This document shows positions 60,046 to 64,000 of a stretch of 64,000 nucleotides of DNA, piece by piece. The notes beneath the pieces are model-generated. The model did no database searches. It was not told the DNA's origin and was given only the letters and a program-made list of their open reading frames with translations. Within the stretch, counting starts at the first letter, position 1; every line of letters begins with the position of its first letter. Both the position numbers and the translations under genes were made by a program. Source of the stretch: Minutocellus sp. GHC0000111 (taxonomy: Eukaryota); contig OZ361256.1 of NCBI GenBank assembly GCA_977018835.1, positions 2,852,001 through 2,916,000 on the forward strand, read 5' to 3'.

Positions 60046-60321
60046 GTTTCCTATCTCAAATACCCACGGCACGTCGGAATCAAAGCAGGGTCTTACGCCT
60101 TTGTCATTGGATTGAAATGTGAGCGTTGACGTAAGTACGTGTTGCGGCACGTTTTGTGTACCAACAAAGCAGTCGGTGACCAAGAACTCGTATGGGCGTA
60201 TCTCAATCGCAATCTGCAAATCTCTATGTTATGTTGGCTCAAAGAGTCTGTCCTTCATCAGTTTTTGTGGCCACCTCATCGATTTTCTTCCTCAGCCAAC
60301 CCTCTCATTCTTGGAACGGAC

Positions 60322-62241
60322 ATGGTGACGATGAAGTTCCCGTCCCTCGAGTCGGTGACGGCCAAGCTGAAGGACCAGGCCGCCGATGCCAACAGCACTA
60401 CGGTAGCCGTCGCTGCCTCTTGCTGCGTCGGTGGGACGATCGTCCTCGGCCTCCTGGTTGGGCACATTCGTGGCAGCAATAACAACAATTCGTCTGCCAA
60501 TGACGAACAGCAACAGGTGGTCGCCAAGAAGCAGCAGCAGGGAGGAGAGAGCGGCACCACGATGGAAAACCTAACGCACTACATCCTCACGCACCATCGC
60601 TCCCTCGTCGTGACCGTCTTCGGCCTGCCCATGTCGTGCCTGTGGGACGCCGCCCTGTCCCTCCGCGCCAAGTACATTCACTACACCCGCTCGGCGCCGC
60701 AGAAGCACGCCCAGCGCGTCGCCGCCGTCGTCGAGCAGGTGAAGCAGCCCCGCCCGGAGGGCCAGCCCCTCTGCACGGCCCGGCCGGGCTGGCAGTCCAT
60801 CAGCCTGTCGTACCGCACGTACAAGTCCAAGTGGCGCGGCATCGACATGAACTCCCTCATCGACATCCTCAGCGTCGACACCGACCGCGGCGTCATCGTC
60901 GTCGAGCCTCTCGTGACCATGGGACAGATCACCCACGCCCTCCTGCCCCTGGGCTACACCCTCCCCATCGTTCCCGAGATGGACGATCTCACCGTCGGTG
61001 GCCTCGTCAGCGGCACCGGCATCGAAAGTTCCAGCCACGTCCGCGGTCTGTTCCACGAGGGATGCTTGGAGTTCGAGCTTTGCCTCGCCGACGGCCGTGT
61101 CGTCCGCGCCACGGCCGACAACGAGTACTCCGACCTGTTCCATGGCATCCCCTGGAGCTACGGCACCCTGGCGTTCGTCCTCAGTGTTACCATCCGCATC
61201 ATCCCCTGCAAGCAGTACGTGAGGGTGGAGTACAAGCCCTTCCACAACCAGGCCGATGCCATCGACTGCTTCCGCAGGGCCAGTGGCGATTCCGCTCTGG
61301 TCGGTCCTGCTCCCGGTCCCAACGATGCGGCTCCTCAGAGTGTGGTTGATGAAGAGGAGAAGAAGGAAGACGGGGGTATGGTGGCGGTGTCCAGTACTGG
61401 TGGTGGTGGTGCCCAGCAGGACCAGCGCCCGGCCATCCCAACCTTTGTCGAGGGTCTTGTCTATTCCAAGACCGAAGCGGTGATCATGACGGCCGACTTT
61501 TGCGACGCCGCCGATGCTCCCCGATCGCAGCGCAACATCCTGTCCCGCTGGTACAAGCCCTGGTTCTACATCCACGTTCGGGATATGCTGTCCCAGGTGA
61601 AGCAGGGCGAGTCCATCGTGGAGTACATCCCCCTTCGCGACTACTACCACCGTCACACCCGCTCTCTGTTCTGGGAGATGGAAATGATGATCCCCATTGG
61701 CAACAACCCCGTCTTCCGCTACCTGCTGGGATGGCTGATGCCGCCCAAGGTCAGCTTCCTGAAGCTCAGTCAGACGGAATACACTCGGAAGCTCACCGAG
61801 CGCACTCACGTGGCTCAGGACTTCCTCGTCCCGACCGATCGGATGGCCGAGGTTTTGGACGTGTGCGACGAGGAGTACGATGGCATCTACCCCCTGTGGC
61901 TGTGTCCCCACGTCCACCGACCGATGCCCGGCAGCTTGCTCCGCGACCCACCCCGTCCCGATGTCTATGGAGATCAAATGTACGTCGATATCGGTGTGTA
62001 CGGTCTGCCCAAGTGCGTGCACGAGGGACGTGAGGAGTACGATATGCGCAAGTCGATGCGGGCCGTGGAGAAGGAGATTCAAAAGGTCGATGGCTTCTCC
62101 ATGCTCTATGCCGATATTTACATGAACAAGCAGGAGTTTGAAACCATGTTCGATCATGTGGACTACCGCAAGCTTCGGAGTAAGTACGGAGCAGAGGGTT
62201 CCTTCAAGGAAGTTTTCGACAAGATGAACAGCCGATTTTAG
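60322..62241 (+). CDS. DHCR24: Delta(24)-sterol reductase (DHCR24/DWF1/DIMINUTO family)
   Basis: LCTARPGW, VEPLVTMGQI, VPEMDDLTVGGL, GIESSSH, PWSYGTL, WYKPWFY, YYHRHTRSLFWE, PPKVSFLK, YPLWLCP, LYAD. Confidence 0.95.
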   Translation: MVTMKFPSLESVTAKLKDQAADANSTTVAVAASCCVGGTIVLGLLVGHIRGSNNNNSSANDEQQQVVAKKQQQGGESGTTMENLTHYILTHHRSLVVTVFGLPMSCLWDAALSLRAKYIHYTRSAPQKHAQRVAAVVEQVKQPRPEGQPLCTARPGWQSISLSYRTYKSKWRGIDMNSLIDILSVDTDRGVIVVEPLVTMGQITHALLPLGYTLPIVPEMDDLTVGGLVSGTGIESSSHVRGLFHEGCLEFELCLADGRVVRATADNEYSDLFHGIPWSYGTLAFVLSVTIRIIPCKQYVRVEYKPFHNQADAIDCFRRASGDSALVGPAPGPNDAAPQSVVDEEEKKEDGGMVAVSSTGGGGAQQDQRPAIPTFVEGLVYSKTEAVIMTADFCDAADAPRSQRNILSRWYKPWFYIHVRDMLSQVKQGESIVEYIPLRDYYHRHTRSLFWEMEMMIPIGNNPVFRYLLGWLMPPKVSFLKLSQTEYTRKLTERTHVAQDFLVPTDRMAEVLDVCDEEYDGIYPLWLCPHVHRPMPGSLLRDPPRPDVYGDQMYVDIGVYGLPKCVHEGREEYDMRKSMRAVEKEIQKVDGFSMLYADIYMNKQEFETMFDHVDYRKLRSKYGAEGSFKEVFDKMNSRF

Positions 62242-62739
62242 GATGTGGTGGAGAAGTTGCATTAGTAAAGAGGGCCAACGAAAGGTCACGAACAACGACA
62301 ATCTGATTGGTCTGATGTAGAATATTATAATATACACCCACGGCAATAGCTGGAGATCGGAAGAAGAAGGAGCACTTTGATAAAGGACAAGGAGTATGCG
62401 TCAATATTTCCGATTTTGTAACCATCCATTGATTTTGCGCCTAGAAGATGTGGAGCAATAATGCCTTAAATATATGAGCTTCAACGATAAAGATGTAGAT
62501 CTACTTTAGGTACCGGTATATCCACACAATTAGCCAGTCAATGTGGGAAGCAACTCAATGACGAAGTGCGCCGCCATCCGTTTTCCCAACAAGAGGCATG
62601 GCTGGATGGGCAATTGAAGATTGAAATGACGAAATCCGGAGAAAAACACCCCATTATTTCCAAAACTTCCCGCTTCTGCAGACCAAAATTCTCGGCACAT
62701 CGATTTGACTGTTTGGATACACGAGTGAAGCAAGCAACG

Positions 62740-64000
62740 ATGAGTTCGAGTGACGAGGACGACGCCTGGCTTCCTCTTGGTACCTCCTCCTACACTTCAG
62801 GGGATAACGAGGGAACTGGACATGATGTGTTCTCGGCCGGAAGCCTCCGCTCGGTGGTCGTCGTGTCGTCACAAAATCGAGACATGGACGCAGCCGGAGC
62901 GGATGATGACGAGGATGAGCACGACGACGTGGAAGTCATCAGCAGGCCACCATCGTCGTCCGCCAGCACCAGCATGAGGTCCATTCAACAACGATTGGAA
63001 ACGCGCCAATCTCTGAAAGCCAATCTTGTCGATCAACCGTTCAACCATTTCTTTGTCAAATTTATCCAACATTTGGCACGCCAATTATGGTCGCAGGACT
63101 ACTACCTTCGCTGTGGTCTGGCCCTGCTGGCCATTGGTCTCACCATGCAATGCCTTACGTTTGTGCTGATGGGCAACGACATCGTCCGGGGTTTGTTTCG
63201 GTACCTCATCTTGATAGTTATCGGCATCGGCTCGTACTTGTACGTTTACCGGCCAGACGAAACCATACTGGCCATTGCACGGTTCGTATCGACGTCCAAA
63301 GCATCGGAAACCTTCTACCACATGTTGGAGGGATTGGATCCAACACAGCTTCGACGTTTGTGCTTTGTGGCTTTGCTACTACCCACATTTCTCGAGATGA
63401 AGGCCATCACGTTCCTCGCCTGCGTCATCGTCGAAAGTGGTTGGATAATTAATGTCGTGGTGGCTGTTGCATCGTTTGCGTATTTGCAGCACGTTCGAAC
63501 GACCGAGAGATTGACTCCACGGGAGTGCTCCCTTCGAGGATTGATCTTTCTCAAATCATCGGCCCTGCTGTTGACAATCCTCTACACACGAGACCTACGT
63601 CGCATCAACACCCTGGCTGGGCCATTTGTAATTGCTGCGGGATCAATGCTCATTTCGAATCATCCGGCTCTTGCGGGAGATGAATTCGATTGGCTCAGCC
63701 GAGCTGTGCGTCACGCTCTTCGGCTTACTCTGCGAGATGTGCTTGCGGATGTTGGGCAGAATGTAGGAGAAAACGAAATGCTAAAGATTGCAATGCTGCG
63801 ATGGGCAGTAGATTATTGGAATAGAGATGAGGATGGTACCGGTAGTGCACCTCCTCACACGAATGCTACTGGTGGACCTGCAGGAGCTACTAATCACAGC
63901 ACCGAGCAACAAGAGGAACCAGAAGGGCAAGAAGTAGTATTGGCCACATCTACGCCTGTGATTGATCTATATACCGAGCAGAATAATTCAGGCATTGAAA
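62740..64000 (+). CDS. Uncharacterised multi-pass membrane protein, 3' end outside the window
   Basis: Manual translation from ATG at 62740 (MSSSDEDDAWLPL...) is open towards the window end, with several hydrophobic segments. Confidence 0.7.
   Translation, partial: MSSSDEDDAWLPLGTSSYTSGDNEGTGHDVFSAGSLRSVVVVSSQNRDMDAAGADDDEDEHDDVEVISRPPSSSASTSMRSIQQRLETRQSLKANLVDQPFNHFFVKFIQHLARQLWSQDYYLRCGLALLAIGLTMQCLTFVLMGNDIVRGLFRYLILIVIGIGSYLYVYRPDETILAIARFVSTSKASETFYHMLEGLDPTQLRRLCFVALLLPTFLEMKAITFLACVIVESGWIINVVVAVASFAYLQHVRTTERLTPRECSLRGLIFLKSSALLLTILYTRDLRRINTLAGPFVIAAGSMLISNHPALAGDEFDWLSRAVRHALRLTLRDVLADVGQNVGENEMLKIAMLRWAVDYWNRDEDGTGSAPPHTNATGGPAGATNHSTEQQEEPEGQEVVLATSTPVIDLYTEQNNSGIE

Noticed and set aside
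60571..62346. 591-aa antisense ORF over DHCR24
   Set aside because: Shadow ORF caused by strong GC3 codon bias of the sense gene.

Overview
Gene-dense eukaryotic nuclear DNA with few, short GT-AG introns. The 5.8S/LSU rRNA sequence and gene style point to a stramenopile, most likely a diatom (inferred). Recognisable genes: a PHT1/PHO84-type phosphate transporter, a MYND-finger protein, a putative 2OG-Fe(II) dioxygenase (TET/JBP-like), SCYL1, PIP5K, an HMG-box protein, a P5A-ATPase, a putative OEP24-like beta-barrel, DONSON, RME-8/DNAJC13, ORC5 and DHCR24/DWF1, plus several unknown proteins. Two accessory blocks interrupt them: a defective DD39D (PlantMar-type) mariner with an unusually long transposase (16.5-19.8 kb), and an orphan, broken rDNA unit (29-36.8 kb) with about 1 kb deleted from the LSU, no 18S/ITS1, and a copy of the same mariner end at the TA just 5' of 5.8S. 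Main signals: (1) the repeated DNA shows a directional TpA->CpA/TpG change, the mirror image of fungal RIP; (2) intergenic spacers hold chains of TA-delimited palindromic modules resembling stacked transposon footprints; (3) about six host genes carry inactivating lesions, one at a (TTAGGG)4 tract inside an exon. Comparisons with canonical rRNA and protein families were made from memory, not by database search.
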